The notes below the pieces were generated by a model. The model was not told where the DNA came from. It searched no databases and saw only the letters and a list, made by a program, of their open reading frames with translations. From an uncultured bacterium (GTDB lineage Bacteria > Hinthialibacterota > Hinthialibacteria > Hinthialibacterales > JAKPRU01), in NCBI GenBank assembly GCA_964612675.1, contig CAZTDD010000012.1:10617-74616 (forward strand): a stretch of 64,000 bases of DNA, in the 5' to 3' direction. Shown piece after piece: positions 36,436 through 46,682 of the stretch. Both the position numbers and the translations under genes were made by a program. Positions within the stretch are counted from its first letter, which is position 1. The number at the start of each line of letters is the position of its first letter.

Positions 36436-38664
36436 GTGAGCGGTGTACCCCATACGGCAAACGGCGTCCAAAGACTGCACCATTATGTCTGGGGGCTGGC
36501 TGGGATATGGACCATTGTGTTTGCCGCTTCCATGACATGGAACTGGATTCAACAGGAAACGGAGGCGCTGGAAGCGGCGAGAATCCAGGCACGCTCCGCA
36601 TTCGAGCGAGATGTGATATACCGCCGATGGAATGCGGAACACGGTGGAGTCTATGCTCCGGTGACGCCGGAGACTCCTCCGAATCCCTACCTGAACGAAG
36701 ACGAACGCGACATCCTGACTCCCTCCGGACGAATGCTCACACTGATCAATCCTGCTTACATGACACGGCAGGTGTATGAAATGAGCCTTCAGTACGGCGT
36801 TATCGCTCACATCACCAGCCTGAATCCGATTCGACCCGGCAACGAGCCTGACCCCTGGGAGACCAGTGCTCTCGAATCCTTCGAACATGGAAGCCTCGAA
36901 GAAAGCACGATCGAAAGAATGGGCGGAGAAGAGTATCTTCGGTTCATGCGTCCGTTCTTCACCGAGGAGAGCTGCCTGCCTTGTCACGCCGAACAAGGCT
37001 ACAACGTCGGCGATGTCCGAGGCGGGCTGAGTGTCTCGATACCTCTGGAGCCATTCCGCGCAGTCGTTCGACCACATCTCGTAATCCTCTCGGCTTCTCA
37101 TTTCGCTTTATGGGCGATGGGGATCGTCGGTCTGTTTTTCGGGGCAAGGCGCATCGAAGAGACCATCCGTGAGCGGGAACGATCATTCGAAGCTCAGGCA
37201 CGCCTGGCGGCGATTGTTGAATCTTCGGAAGACGCGATCATCGGAAAAACACTGGACGGCACCATCGTCAGCTGGAACAACGGAGCCGAGCGGATGTATG
37301 GCTATTCCGCAGAGGAAGCTGTCGGCCAGTCGGTTCGAATCATCGTTCCTCCCGACCATCGCGATGAAGTGCCGCAAATTCTCGACCGGATCAGTCGTGG
37401 CGAACATGTCGATCGTTACGAGACCGTTCGTGTCAGAAAGGACGGCGAACGCCTTCATGTTGCTGTGGCTATTTCACCGATCAAAGACTCTGCCGGACGA
37501 ATTATCGGTGCGTCCACGATCGCAAGAGACATCACTGGTAAGAAACGAACAGAAGAGGAACTTAGACGATTTCGGCTGGCTCTCGACGTATCGAGAGATA
37601 ACGTTTTTCTTATCGATCCGATACAGATGCGGTTTGTCGATGCAAACCGTACCGCTTTTTCCGACCTGGAATTCACCCGGGAAGAACTTCTTTCGATGGG
37701 GCCTCAAGACATTAAACCTTACCATACCCATGAACGACTCCAGGAAGAGTTTGAAGAAGTCATCCGAAAAAACATTACGGGTGTGATTGAGACTGTGCAT
37801 CGGAGAAAAGACGGATCGGAATTTCCCGTCGAGGTCTTTTTGCGTACCTTAAAATCGGAGAATCGCGACCTCATCGTTGCTGTAGCCCGCGATATAACGG
37901 AACGTAAGCATGCCGAACAGGAACGGTTGCAGTACTCCCAGCGGCTTGAGGAAAAGGTTGAAGAACGAACGCGTGAATTGCGGGAAACGCAGGAACAGTT
38001 GATTCGAAAAGAACGCCTTGCAGTACTCGGACAGCTGGCGGGCGGTGTGGGGCATGAACTCCGCAATCCGCTCGGGGTTATTTCCAACGCGGTGTATTTC
38101 CTTAAGATGACTTTGCCGGAGGCTGGAGAAAGCATAAACGAATACCTGGGGATCATCACAGCGGAAATCGCGAACGCGGAACGAATTGTCTCCGACCTCA
38201 TGGATCTGTCAAGAACACGTACCCGGGAGCGGCATCCCCAGTCCGTTTCTATGCTGATCGACCAGGTCATCGACAAACTGCCGCCTCCGGAGGGGATAAC
38301 GTTGAATCTGGCGATACCTTCCGATTTGCCTCCTGTTTTCGTAGATTCCGGGAGTATGGGGCAAGTTCTATTCAATCTGATTACAAATGCTTACCAGGCG
38401 ATGACCGACGGCGGACAGCTGGCGATTGAGGCTTCCTATGAGAACGAAAACGTTCGCATTGCGATCTCCGATTCGGGATGTGGCATCTCGCAGGAGAACT
38501 TGAAGAAGGTCTTTGAACCCCTGTACACCACCAAGTCCAAGGGGATCGGGCTGGGATTGGCCGTAACGAAAAACCTGGTGCAGTCAAACGGCGGACGAAT
38601 CGAAGTCGTAAGCCGCAAGGGAGAGGGCAGCACGTTTACCCTCATTCTGCCTGCATCGGAGTAA
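36436..38664 (+). CDS. Membrane histidine kinase: periplasmic DUF3365 heme-c domain, 2 PAS, HisKA, HATPase
   Basis: HITSLNPIRPGNEPDPWE, SCLPCH, GDVRGGLSV; GHELRNPL; NLITNAYQAM; GIGLGL. Confidence 0.92.
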   Translation: MSGVPHTANGVQRLHHYVWGLAGIWTIVFAASMTWNWIQQETEALEAARIQARSAFERDVIYRRWNAEHGGVYAPVTPETPPNPYLNEDERDILTPSGRMLTLINPAYMTRQVYEMSLQYGVIAHITSLNPIRPGNEPDPWETSALESFEHGSLEESTIERMGGEEYLRFMRPFFTEESCLPCHAEQGYNVGDVRGGLSVSIPLEPFRAVVRPHLVILSASHFALWAMGIVGLFFGARRIEETIRERERSFEAQARLAAIVESSEDAIIGKTLDGTIVSWNNGAERMYGYSAEEAVGQSVRIIVPPDHRDEVPQILDRISRGEHVDRYETVRVRKDGERLHVAVAISPIKDSAGRIIGASTIARDITGKKRTEEELRRFRLALDVSRDNVFLIDPIQMRFVDANRTAFSDLEFTREELLSMGPQDIKPYHTHERLQEEFEEVIRKNITGVIETVHRRKDGSEFPVEVFLRTLKSENRDLIVAVARDITERKHAEQERLQYSQRLEEKVEERTRELRETQEQLIRKERLAVLGQLAGGVGHELRNPLGVISNAVYFLKMTLPEAGESINEYLGIITAEIANAERIVSDLMDLSRTRTRERHPQSVSMLIDQVIDKLPPPEGITLNLAIPSDLPPVFVDSGSMGQVLFNLITNAYQAMTDGGQLAIEASYENENVRIAISDSGCGISQENLKKVFEPLYTTKSKGIGLGLAVTKNLVQSNGGRIEVVSRKGEGSTFTLILPASE

Positions 38665-38693
38665 TTGATCAGTGAGGTTAAAAACTAGAGAAC

Positions 38694-39431
38694 ATGCTTA
38701 GAATTCTTGTTGTGGACGATAATCGCACGATGGCGAATTCGATTGTAGACATCCTCCGGGCGAAGGGATACGATGCGTTCGCTTCCTATTCAGGGGCCGA
38801 TGCCTTGGAGCGTCTGTGGGTGTCTGAGTTCGATTGTATTCTGAGTGATATTAAGATGCCGAATATAACCGGCGTCGATCTCTTTAAGAGAATCAAGGAG
38901 CAGGGGCTTGACATCCCCGTTGTCCTTATGACCGGCGGAGAATGCGACGATTTGATCGAGGAAGGCGTCAATGAGGGCGTTGTGGGTGTACTCGATAAGC
39001 CGCTGAACTTCGACGCCTTGTTCAGTTTTTTTTCTTACCTTCGCAGAGTTTCGTCTGTCGTCATCATCGATGACGATCCACAATTCTGTCGCACCCTTGG
39101 GGATGTGTTGCGCGCCTATGACTTTGATGTGATCGAAATCACCGATCCTGCAAGTATTCTTGACGAACTGAATGATGACACACACCTCGTGTTACTGGAC
39201 ATGAAACTGACTTCAACAACCGGCCTGGAGGTTCTTCGGGAAATTCGAGAACACCATCCCCGCCTTCCCGTTGTTCTCGCTACAGGTTACCCGGAAGAAA
39301 TGGTCTCGTTCGTTGACGCTGCCGAACAACTCGGCGTGCACGCCTACTTCGAGAAACCTTTTTCCATCGACGATTTCGTGGGTATTTTGAAAGATATCCG
39401 CCGGCAGGAGATGTGCAACAGTCTGATGTAG
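38694..39431 (+). CDS. Tandem REC-REC response regulator, no output domain
   Basis: ILVVDD...LSDIKMP...LDKP and VIIDDD...LLDMKL...FEKP. Confidence 0.9.
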   Translation: MLRILVVDDNRTMANSIVDILRAKGYDAFASYSGADALERLWVSEFDCILSDIKMPNITGVDLFKRIKEQGLDIPVVLMTGGECDDLIEEGVNEGVVGVLDKPLNFDALFSFFSYLRRVSSVVIIDDDPQFCRTLGDVLRAYDFDVIEITDPASILDELNDDTHLVLLDMKLTSTTGLEVLREIREHHPRLPVVLATGYPEEMVSFVDAAEQLGVHAYFEKPFSIDDFVGILKDIRRQEMCNSLM

Positions 39432-39458
39432 TGCATTCCTCCCGATAGACCGAGGTCA

Positions 39459-42400
39459 GTGATGAACACAGAACTAGGCATCCTGATCGTTGATGACGAT
39501 CCCATGTTCCGGAAGACATTCACGGACATCTTCACGATGAAAGGCTACCGGGCTCGCTCGACTGCGACCGGTCGTGGAGCGCTCGAAGCGGTCGAAAATG
39601 AACCGCCTGCAGTCGCACTCATCGACCTCAAACTTGGAGATATGTCCGGCCTGGACGTGATTCGGGAACTGAAGACCATTTCTCCTGCGACGGAGTGTAT
39701 TGTTCTTACCGGCCACGCCTCTCAGGCTTCGGCGATTGAAGCGATCAACATCGGTGCCTTCAGCTATGTTCAGAAACCCTGTGATGTCGAGCAGCTACTG
39801 ATCGCGGTTCGCCGTGCTGTAGAAAAACAGGAAAGTGTTAAAGCGCTTCGCGAGAGCGAACAGCGGTACCGCAATCTCTTCGAGGCGTCTCCGATCTCGG
39901 TCTGGCGGGAAGACTTATCGGAGATGAAGAAGTATCTGGATTCTCTTCGCAAAGGAGGCGTCCGGGATTTCAACGCCTATTTTCGGCGACACCCCGAAAA
40001 GATAGCGTACTGCTTTTCGTTGGTAAGAGTCGTCGATGTCAACCAAAGTACTCTTGCTTTATTCAATGCCGGCGACAAAGAGGAAATAAAGAAAAACATG
40101 TCGCATATCCTCGGTGAGGAATCCATCGATTCCTTTCGGGAAGGACTGATCGCACTAGCCGAAGGCAAAACCCGTTTCGATTACGAGGGGGTTAATTATA
40201 CCCTCACCGGAGAGAAGAAGGATGTTGTGCTGCAATTTGCGGTTGTCCCCGGCCACGAAGCCAGTCTTTCCGAAGTGCTTATATCCATCAACGACATTAC
40301 GGAGCGGAAGAGAGCGGAAGAGGCCTTATCTCGTCAACTCGAAGTCAATCGGGCTGTGGCCGAACTCGCACGCTCTGTCATCGCAGCGCACTCCATCGAG
40401 GATATTTCCGAACTCGTCTTAGAGCATGCGAAAAGGTTGACGCGTAGTCAGTACGGTTATGTCGGGTACATCGACCCATCCACCGGCTATCTGGTGTCTC
40501 CGACGCTGACGCGCGATATCTGGGACGAGTGCCAGGTCTCGGACAAGACATTTGTCTTCGAGGAATTTACGGGGCTATGGGGATGGGTTTTGAACAATCG
40601 AGAGCCTCTCCTGACGAATGATGCCACAAGCGACCCTCGCTCCACCGGTATTCCTACCGGACATATGCCTATCCACCGTTTTCTCTCTGTTCCCGCGACT
40701 TTAGGAGGATCTCTTGTCGGGCAGATCGCCCTGGCGAACCCCGAGCGGGACTACACGGAGGAGGATCGGGACGTCGCCGAACGGCTCGCATCCCTTTATG
40801 CTCTTGTCATCCAGCGTGAGCGCGCCGAAGAGGCGTTGCGAACGGCTCGCGACGAGCTCGAGATTCGGGTGGCCGAACGGACCGCGAGTCTACAGCAGGC
40901 CAACAAGAAACTTCAAGAAGAAATCAACGAACGCATTAAGGCCGAGAACGCGCTTCGTGAGAACATCAATTTGTTGAACTCGATCAGCCACGCTCAGTCG
41001 CAATTCATCTCACACGTCGATTCGGGCGAGATGTTCCAGGGACTGCTGGAACGCTTGGTGGACATCACCGATAGCCGATCGGGGTTTATCGGCGAGGTTT
41101 TCTATCTGCCTAGCGATAAGCCGTACATGACAACTCATGCTGTTCTGGATTCTGTGCCGAACCGCGATCCCTGGGTCGACAATCGGGACGGTGTCGAACA
41201 GAGCAGTGCATCCGACTATGTTGACTGCTACTTCCAGGAGATCGTGCAGAATCAAAAACCCATCATCTCCAACGACCCTGCGTCGGATTCCCGGTGGGCC
41301 GGACCGACAAGATTTCAAGCTCCTCCGCAGTCGCTTATTGGATTGCCGCTTCTAATCGGTCAGGAAGTTGTCGGAATCATCGGACTGGCGGACAGGCCGA
41401 TCGGATACGATGAAAAGATCCTGCATTATCTTCGCCCGTTTCTTACCACATGTGCCAATTTGATAAAAGCGTATAAAAACGATCAGCAGCGCCGCCGGGC
41501 CGAGGAGGCTTTACGGAATATGGCGGAGGGGGTTTCTGCGGTTACCGGTGAGGCTTTCTTGAATTCTCTCGTTGACTATCTGGCGGAGACTCTTCATGTC
41601 GATTATGCCTTTGTTGCAGAGCTGCCGTTTGCCACGGCGGACCGCGTGGATATCATCGCCGCACGCGGACATGAATTGATCGAAGATCACCCCACTTACG
41701 CGCTTCAGAATATGCCTTGCCAGAATGTCGTTGGAAAGCAGCTCTGCTGCTTCTCCTACGGTGTACAGGATCTTTTCCCTCATCATCCATTGCTTCAGCA
41801 ACTGGGTGTCGACAGTTATATCGGAACGCCCCTTTTCGATTCGTCCGGTCGGTCGCGGGGATTGATCGCGGTGATGCATCGGAAGCCTCTGATGGATGTG
41901 GCGATCGCGAAATCGATGCTGCGTGTGTTCGCCACTCGCGCCTCCGCGGAGCTGGAACGAAAGCGGGCACAGGAGGCCTTGGAGGCGGAACGACAACGGC
42001 TGTTCGCCCTTCTCGATACTCTTCCGGCCTTTGTTTATCTTCAGGCCCCGGATTATTCCATTCGTTTTGCCAACCGCTATTTCAGAGACCTTTTCGGAGA
42101 ACCCGACGGTCGTCCGTGTTATGAAATCCTTTATGGTCGCGAAAGCCCCTGTGAGGGGTGTCCCACGTTTCGTGTGTTCGAAACCGGAATGCCTGGAAGG
42201 GTTGAGTTCTCGACAATCCGGGGACGAGCGTACGAAATCTACGATTATCCGTTTCAAGATATTGACGGCTCCGACCTTGTCCTCGAGCTTGGAATCGATA
42301 TTACGGAGCGAAAGCGACTCGAAAACGAAGTGCTGGAAATCGGTGAGCGGGAGCGTCGCCGATTCGGACAAGACCTGCACGACGGGTTGGGGCAGCACCT

Positions 42401-42974
42401 GACCGGCATAGCCCTCATGAGCAAGGTGCTCGAGAAGAAACTGACTGCCAAGTCGATGCCGGAAGCGGAAGATGTCGGCAAAGTCGCAAAACAGATCCAG
42501 CAAACCATCAATCAGGCTCGGGTCTTGGCTCGCGGTCTCTCGCCGGTATCTCTCGAAGCCGACGGCTTCATGTCCGCCGTACAGGAATTGTCGACCAATG
42601 TCGATCAGCTGTACGGTGTCTCTTGTCTGTTCCGTTGCGATGAACCTATTCTTATTGGGGATAATGCGATGGCTATGCATCTGTATCGTATTGTCCAGGA
42701 GGCGGTAAACAACGCCGTAAAACACGGGAAAGCTAACGAAATCCACATCAATTTGGCGTGCATTTCGGACAACCGCGTCGACCTCTCTATCGAAGATGAT
42801 GGTGTCGGCCTGTCAGAGGATTTTGCGAACGCCAAAGGGATGGGATTGAATATCATGAATTACCGAGCGGCGATGATCGGTGCTACATTGGAGATAGCGC
42901 CGCGCGATGGCTCGGGAACCGTCGTCCGCTGTTCGTTCACTCTTCCGCCGGACGGTCGGGACGAAACAGGATAG
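39459..42974 (+). CDS. REC-PAS-GAF(x3)-PAS-HisKA_3 hybrid histidine kinase
   Basis: N-terminal ILIVDDD/IDLKLGD; several GAF segments; ERRRFGQDLHDGLGQHL; QEAVNNAVKHG; DDGVG; GMGLNIM. Confidence 0.9.
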   Translation: MMNTELGILIVDDDPMFRKTFTDIFTMKGYRARSTATGRGALEAVENEPPAVALIDLKLGDMSGLDVIRELKTISPATECIVLTGHASQASAIEAINIGAFSYVQKPCDVEQLLIAVRRAVEKQESVKALRESEQRYRNLFEASPISVWREDLSEMKKYLDSLRKGGVRDFNAYFRRHPEKIAYCFSLVRVVDVNQSTLALFNAGDKEEIKKNMSHILGEESIDSFREGLIALAEGKTRFDYEGVNYTLTGEKKDVVLQFAVVPGHEASLSEVLISINDITERKRAEEALSRQLEVNRAVAELARSVIAAHSIEDISELVLEHAKRLTRSQYGYVGYIDPSTGYLVSPTLTRDIWDECQVSDKTFVFEEFTGLWGWVLNNREPLLTNDATSDPRSTGIPTGHMPIHRFLSVPATLGGSLVGQIALANPERDYTEEDRDVAERLASLYALVIQRERAEEALRTARDELEIRVAERTASLQQANKKLQEEINERIKAENALRENINLLNSISHAQSQFISHVDSGEMFQGLLERLVDITDSRSGFIGEVFYLPSDKPYMTTHAVLDSVPNRDPWVDNRDGVEQSSASDYVDCYFQEIVQNQKPIISNDPASDSRWAGPTRFQAPPQSLIGLPLLIGQEVVGIIGLADRPIGYDEKILHYLRPFLTTCANLIKAYKNDQQRRRAEEALRNMAEGVSAVTGEAFLNSLVDYLAETLHVDYAFVAELPFATADRVDIIAARGHELIEDHPTYALQNMPCQNVVGKQLCCFSYGVQDLFPHHPLLQQLGVDSYIGTPLFDSSGRSRGLIAVMHRKPLMDVAIAKSMLRVFATRASAELERKRAQEALEAERQRLFALLDTLPAFVYLQAPDYSIRFANRYFRDLFGEPDGRPCYEILYGRESPCEGCPTFRVFETGMPGRVEFSTIRGRAYEIYDYPFQDIDGSDLVLELGIDITERKRLENEVLEIGERERRRFGQDLHDGLGQHLTGIALMSKVLEKKLTAKSMPEAEDVGKVAKQIQQTINQARVLARGLSPVSLEADGFMSAVQELSTNVDQLYGVSCLFRCDEPILIGDNAMAMHLYRIVQEAVNNAVKHGKANEIHINLACISDNRVDLSIEDDGVGLSEDFANAKGMGLNIMNYRAAMIGATLEIAPRDGSGTVVRCSFTLPPDGRDETG

Positions 42975-42977
42975 GCT

Positions 42978-43664
42978 ATGGCTGCACGAAACCGTTCGTA
43001 TTCTCCAAAAAACAAAGCGCGAATCCTGCTTATCGATGATCATCCCTTGATGCGTCAGGGACTCTCCCAGCTGATCGATCAGGAAGACGACCTGACTGTG
43101 TGTGGAGAGGCCGAAGACGCACACCAGGCGCTTGAACTCGCATCTGAAGTCAATGCCGACATCGCCATTGTCGATCTGTCGCTCAAGGGAACCAGCGGCA
43201 TTGAACTGATCAAGAATCTCAAGGCCATGTATCCCGAACTGCTTGTGTTGGTCTTGTCTATGCATGATGAATCCGTTTACGCCGAACGCGCTCTCCGGGC
43301 GGGAGCAAAAGGATACATCATGAAACAGGAAGCCCCCGAAAATGTTGTGACTGCTGTTCGGAGGGTTCTGGACGGAGAAATCTTCTTAAGCGAAAACGCT
43401 TCCGCTCAATTGCTCAATAAGTTGATTCAAGGCGGCCAGGAGATGTCGAAGTCTCCCGTCGAATCCCTCAGCGATCGCGAACTCGAGGTGTTCCGTTTGA
43501 TTGGGCAAGGTTTTGGAACACGAGAGATCGCCGATCAACTGCACCTCAGCATCAAGACTATCGAAACCTACCGTGCGCACCTCAAAGGAAAACTCAATCT
43601 CAAGAAGTCCACAGAACTCGTAAAATACGCCGTCCAATGGGTTGAATCCGAGGCACAGAGCTAA
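42978..43664 (+). CDS. NarL/LuxR family response regulator
   Basis: ILLIDDHPLMRQG; IVDLSL; LSDRELEVFRLIGQG; LSIKTIETYR. Confidence 0.95.
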   Translation: MAARNRSYSPKNKARILLIDDHPLMRQGLSQLIDQEDDLTVCGEAEDAHQALELASEVNADIAIVDLSLKGTSGIELIKNLKAMYPELLVLVLSMHDESVYAERALRAGAKGYIMKQEAPENVVTAVRRVLDGEIFLSENASAQLLNKLIQGGQEMSKSPVESLSDRELEVFRLIGQGFGTREIADQLHLSIKTIETYRAHLKGKLNLKKSTELVKYAVQWVESEAQS

Positions 43665-43673
43665 CCGAATTTA

Positions 43674-43709
43674 GACTGGTGCCTTAGATTGGACTGGAGC
43701 CTTAGATTG
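43674..43709 (+). repeat. Tandem 18-bp direct repeat
   Basis: gactggtgccttagattg followed by gactggagccttagattg (1 mismatch). Confidence 0.75.
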
Positions 43710-43801
43710 ATCCGTCCGGTGGCCACCGTGAAATCGGTCGATAGATACAGATAATGACAGGGGTCTGTCACACATAGGAGCGTCAGCGGATAATGCAACG
43801 T

Positions 43802-43835
43802 GCCCTCACCCCGGCCCTCTCCCAGAGGGAGAGGG
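43802..43835. repeat. REP/BoxC-like palindrome, family B (inverted copy)
   Basis: gccctcaccccggccctctcccagagggagaggg; its reverse complement aligns with 23424-23457. Confidence 0.75.
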
Positions 43836-44029
43836 AGAAGAACTCTCCCGACTTTTTGCGACCCCGTCAAGACTGGGGAGGATTCGGGTGGGGTTGATAA
43901 GTTTAGTTTTTTCAATTCTCTATGTGCCCCCTCAATCTCGGGGATGAAGTGCTTTTTTGAACACTTTGCCTATTATGACACAGCCTCTCCGCTTGGGGGC
44001 GGGAATGCAAGTGTAAAGGAGAAAGAACC

Positions 44030-45247
44030 ATGCGATCTCGTGGAGTTCTTTGTTTTTGCGTGGCCGTTCTACTGGCTGGTTGTGTGAGTCCTCCCAGTGG
44101 AGAGCGTGCGAAAAGCGCCGATCTCCCGTGGGATATGGATTTGCTAACAGAGCCGCCTCAGTCCTATCCCGCCGAAGGTTTCTCAGAGCGCGGCGTACGT
44201 GCATTGTTCTACGAAGGGCTCGACTGGAAGGGAAACTCAACTCGAACCTTTGCGTGGTATGGTGTGCCGGAGGCTGCCGACGGAGAAGACAAATTCCCGG
44301 CAATGGTTCTCGTTCATGGTGGCGGAGGGACCGCTTTCGCGGATTGGGTTCGTTTGTGGACGGGGCGCGGATATGCCGCGATCGCGATGGATACCTGCGG
44401 CTCTATGCCGCGCGGGACTTACGGGAATTGGGAGCGCCATGAATTCGCCGGTCCACGGGGATGGGGCGGGTTTAACCAACTGGATCTACCCATTCGCGAC
44501 CAGTGGACGTATCACGCTGTTGCCGATGTCATTCTCGCTCACTCGTTGATTCGTTCCTTTCCAGAAATCGATGCTGATCGGATCGGTGTTACCGGTATTT
44601 CATGGGGCGGCTTTTTGACCTGTATCGTCGCCGGTGTCGATCAGCGTTTCCGTTTCGCCGCACCTGTGTATGGTTGCGGTCACTACGAATTGAGTGCATT
44701 CAGAAGAGTACTCGATAGAATGGAGGATGCGAAGGCTGCAAGGTGGTTACATCTCTGGGATCCTTCGAGATTTCTTCCCCGATCTTCGATGCCGTTCTTG
44801 TGGGTGACAGGGACGAATGATTTTGCCTATCCTCTCGATGCGCTACAGGAATCCTACCGGCTGCCGTCAAGTCGGCAGAACCTCTCGGTCCGGATTCGAA
44901 TGCCTCACGCACATGGCGGGCCTGGAGAGAACCCCGACGAGATTCACGCGTTTGCCGATTTCCATTTAAACGACGGATTACCTCTTCCCCGATTCGTTTC
45001 ACAGGAACGCGAAGAAAGCGTCTTGTGTGCGACGTTCGATAGTGAAGTCCCCATTATTGGGGCTGAATTGCTATTCACCCGCGATACCGGCGAAGTCAAC
45101 CAACGACTGTGGGAATCGATACCGGCTCGCCTGGAGCCGGAAAAAGGAGAAGTCGGTGCGGTAATCCCCGAAGGGACAACGATGTGCTTTTTCAACCTGA
45201 CCGATTCTCGCGGTTTGATTGTGAGCTCAGAGCACGTCACTCTGTAG
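44030..45247 (+). CDS. Alpha/beta hydrolase lipoprotein (acetyl xylan esterase-like)
   Basis: LAGC lipobox; VLVHGGGG; GVTGISWGG nucleophile elbow. Confidence 0.85.
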   Translation: MRSRGVLCFCVAVLLAGCVSPPSGERAKSADLPWDMDLLTEPPQSYPAEGFSERGVRALFYEGLDWKGNSTRTFAWYGVPEAADGEDKFPAMVLVHGGGGTAFADWVRLWTGRGYAAIAMDTCGSMPRGTYGNWERHEFAGPRGWGGFNQLDLPIRDQWTYHAVADVILAHSLIRSFPEIDADRIGVTGISWGGFLTCIVAGVDQRFRFAAPVYGCGHYELSAFRRVLDRMEDAKAARWLHLWDPSRFLPRSSMPFLWVTGTNDFAYPLDALQESYRLPSSRQNLSVRIRMPHAHGGPGENPDEIHAFADFHLNDGLPLPRFVSQEREESVLCATFDSEVPIIGAELLFTRDTGEVNQRLWESIPARLEPEKGEVGAVIPEGTTMCFFNLTDSRGLIVSSEHVTL

Positions 45248-45379
45248 GGCTATCCGCATCAACCCGACGGTCCCTTTCTATGCCCGGATTTCCGTGCAAG
45301 CATTCTCATCAGTCCGAGTCACCGTAGACCGGAGAACGGACACAAATGCGTTGATTGAAAATCCCGGAGGAAAGCCACC

Positions 45380-46663
45380 ATGTCTGGAAAAATCAACAGA
45401 CGAAAATTCTTGTCGAACACAACCGCTGCTACCGCCGGAGGCGTTGTGGGATTCCATTTCTTTCCCGCGCGTGTCTTTGGCCGTGGGGGGACGGCTCCCA
45501 GCGAGAGAATCGTCATCGGCAACATCGCCGTCGGCGGACGAGGGCGTGGATTTCTTAAACCGGATATGACCGCCGCGATTTGCGATGTCGATTCAAATCA
45601 TCTTCAGGCTGCGGGCAAGCTGATTGAGGAACGCGGCGGCAAAGCGGATTTGTACAAGGACTACCGCGATCTGCTAGATAGGAAGGACCTGGATGCGGTA
45701 GTGATCGCCTCGCCGGACCATTGGCACGGTCTAATGATGATCCACGCATGCGAGGCCGGAAAGGATGTCTACTGCGAAAAGCCCGCCTGCAAGTTCATTG
45801 AAGAAGGCCGTGAAATGGTCAAGGCGGCGAAACGTTACGCTCGGGTTGTTCAGGTCGGTTCGCAGGGCCGCTCCACCCATGCCGCCAATCGTGCATGCAC
45901 CTACATCCGTAACGGAAACATCGGGACCGTTCGAAAAATAACCTGTTGGCATTACGAGAATCCGGTCGGTGATTGGACGCCGGATTCCGAACCGCCTCCC
46001 GAGCTGGATTGGGATATGTGGCTTGGGCCCGCCCGATGGATGGACTACAACCCAAAGAAGGTCCACTTCAATTTCCGCTGGCTGCTGGATTTCGGCGGCG
46101 GTCAGATCCGCGACCGAGGCGCTCATGTCATGAGTGTCGCATTCTGGATCATGCAGAGCGACCACACCGGCCCTGTCAGTGTCGAGGCCACCGGAGAAGC
46201 TCCGCACGAGGGGATTTGGAATTGCCCGACCAAGATGGAAGTGAAATACGAGTTCAAAGATCCGGATTGGACGATGACCTGGACCCAGCCGGGAGAGAAA
46301 TTGCTCGATGCTGCGTTCGGCGCGAAGTACTGGGGCGACAACGATACGTTGATCGTGACCGGCGGCGACGGCGGCTGCGGGACCGAAGACAAGGCGATGA
46401 ACTATCAGCCTCCCGCGGACGGTGAGCATGTCTATACAAACACCGGTCACTTCCTCGATTGGCTTGAATGTGTCAAGACACGCAAAGAACCGATCATGCC
46501 CATTGAGGCGGGGCATCGTGTCGCGACGCTCTGTATCCTCGGCAATATCTCATTCGTTCTCGGGCGCAAATTGGAGTGGGACCCGGTCAACGAGCAAGTG
46601 AAAAACGACGAAGAAGCGAACCGTATGATCCGTATGGCGGGACGCGGCCCGTGGCATCTGTGA
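45380..46663 (+). CDS. Gfo/Idh/MocA family oxidoreductase, Tat signal
   Basis: NRRKFLS; IAVGGRG; ASPDHWH; DVYCEKP; FRWLLDFGGG. Confidence 0.93.
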   Translation: MSGKINRRKFLSNTTAATAGGVVGFHFFPARVFGRGGTAPSERIVIGNIAVGGRGRGFLKPDMTAAICDVDSNHLQAAGKLIEERGGKADLYKDYRDLLDRKDLDAVVIASPDHWHGLMMIHACEAGKDVYCEKPACKFIEEGREMVKAAKRYARVVQVGSQGRSTHAANRACTYIRNGNIGTVRKITCWHYENPVGDWTPDSEPPPELDWDMWLGPARWMDYNPKKVHFNFRWLLDFGGGQIRDRGAHVMSVAFWIMQSDHTGPVSVEATGEAPHEGIWNCPTKMEVKYEFKDPDWTMTWTQPGEKLLDAAFGAKYWGDNDTLIVTGGDGGCGTEDKAMNYQPPADGEHVYTNTGHFLDWLECVKTRKEPIMPIEAGHRVATLCILGNISFVLGRKLEWDPVNEQVKNDEEANRMIRMAGRGPWHL

Positions 46664-46682
46664 ATCAAAGGAGGACGAAACG

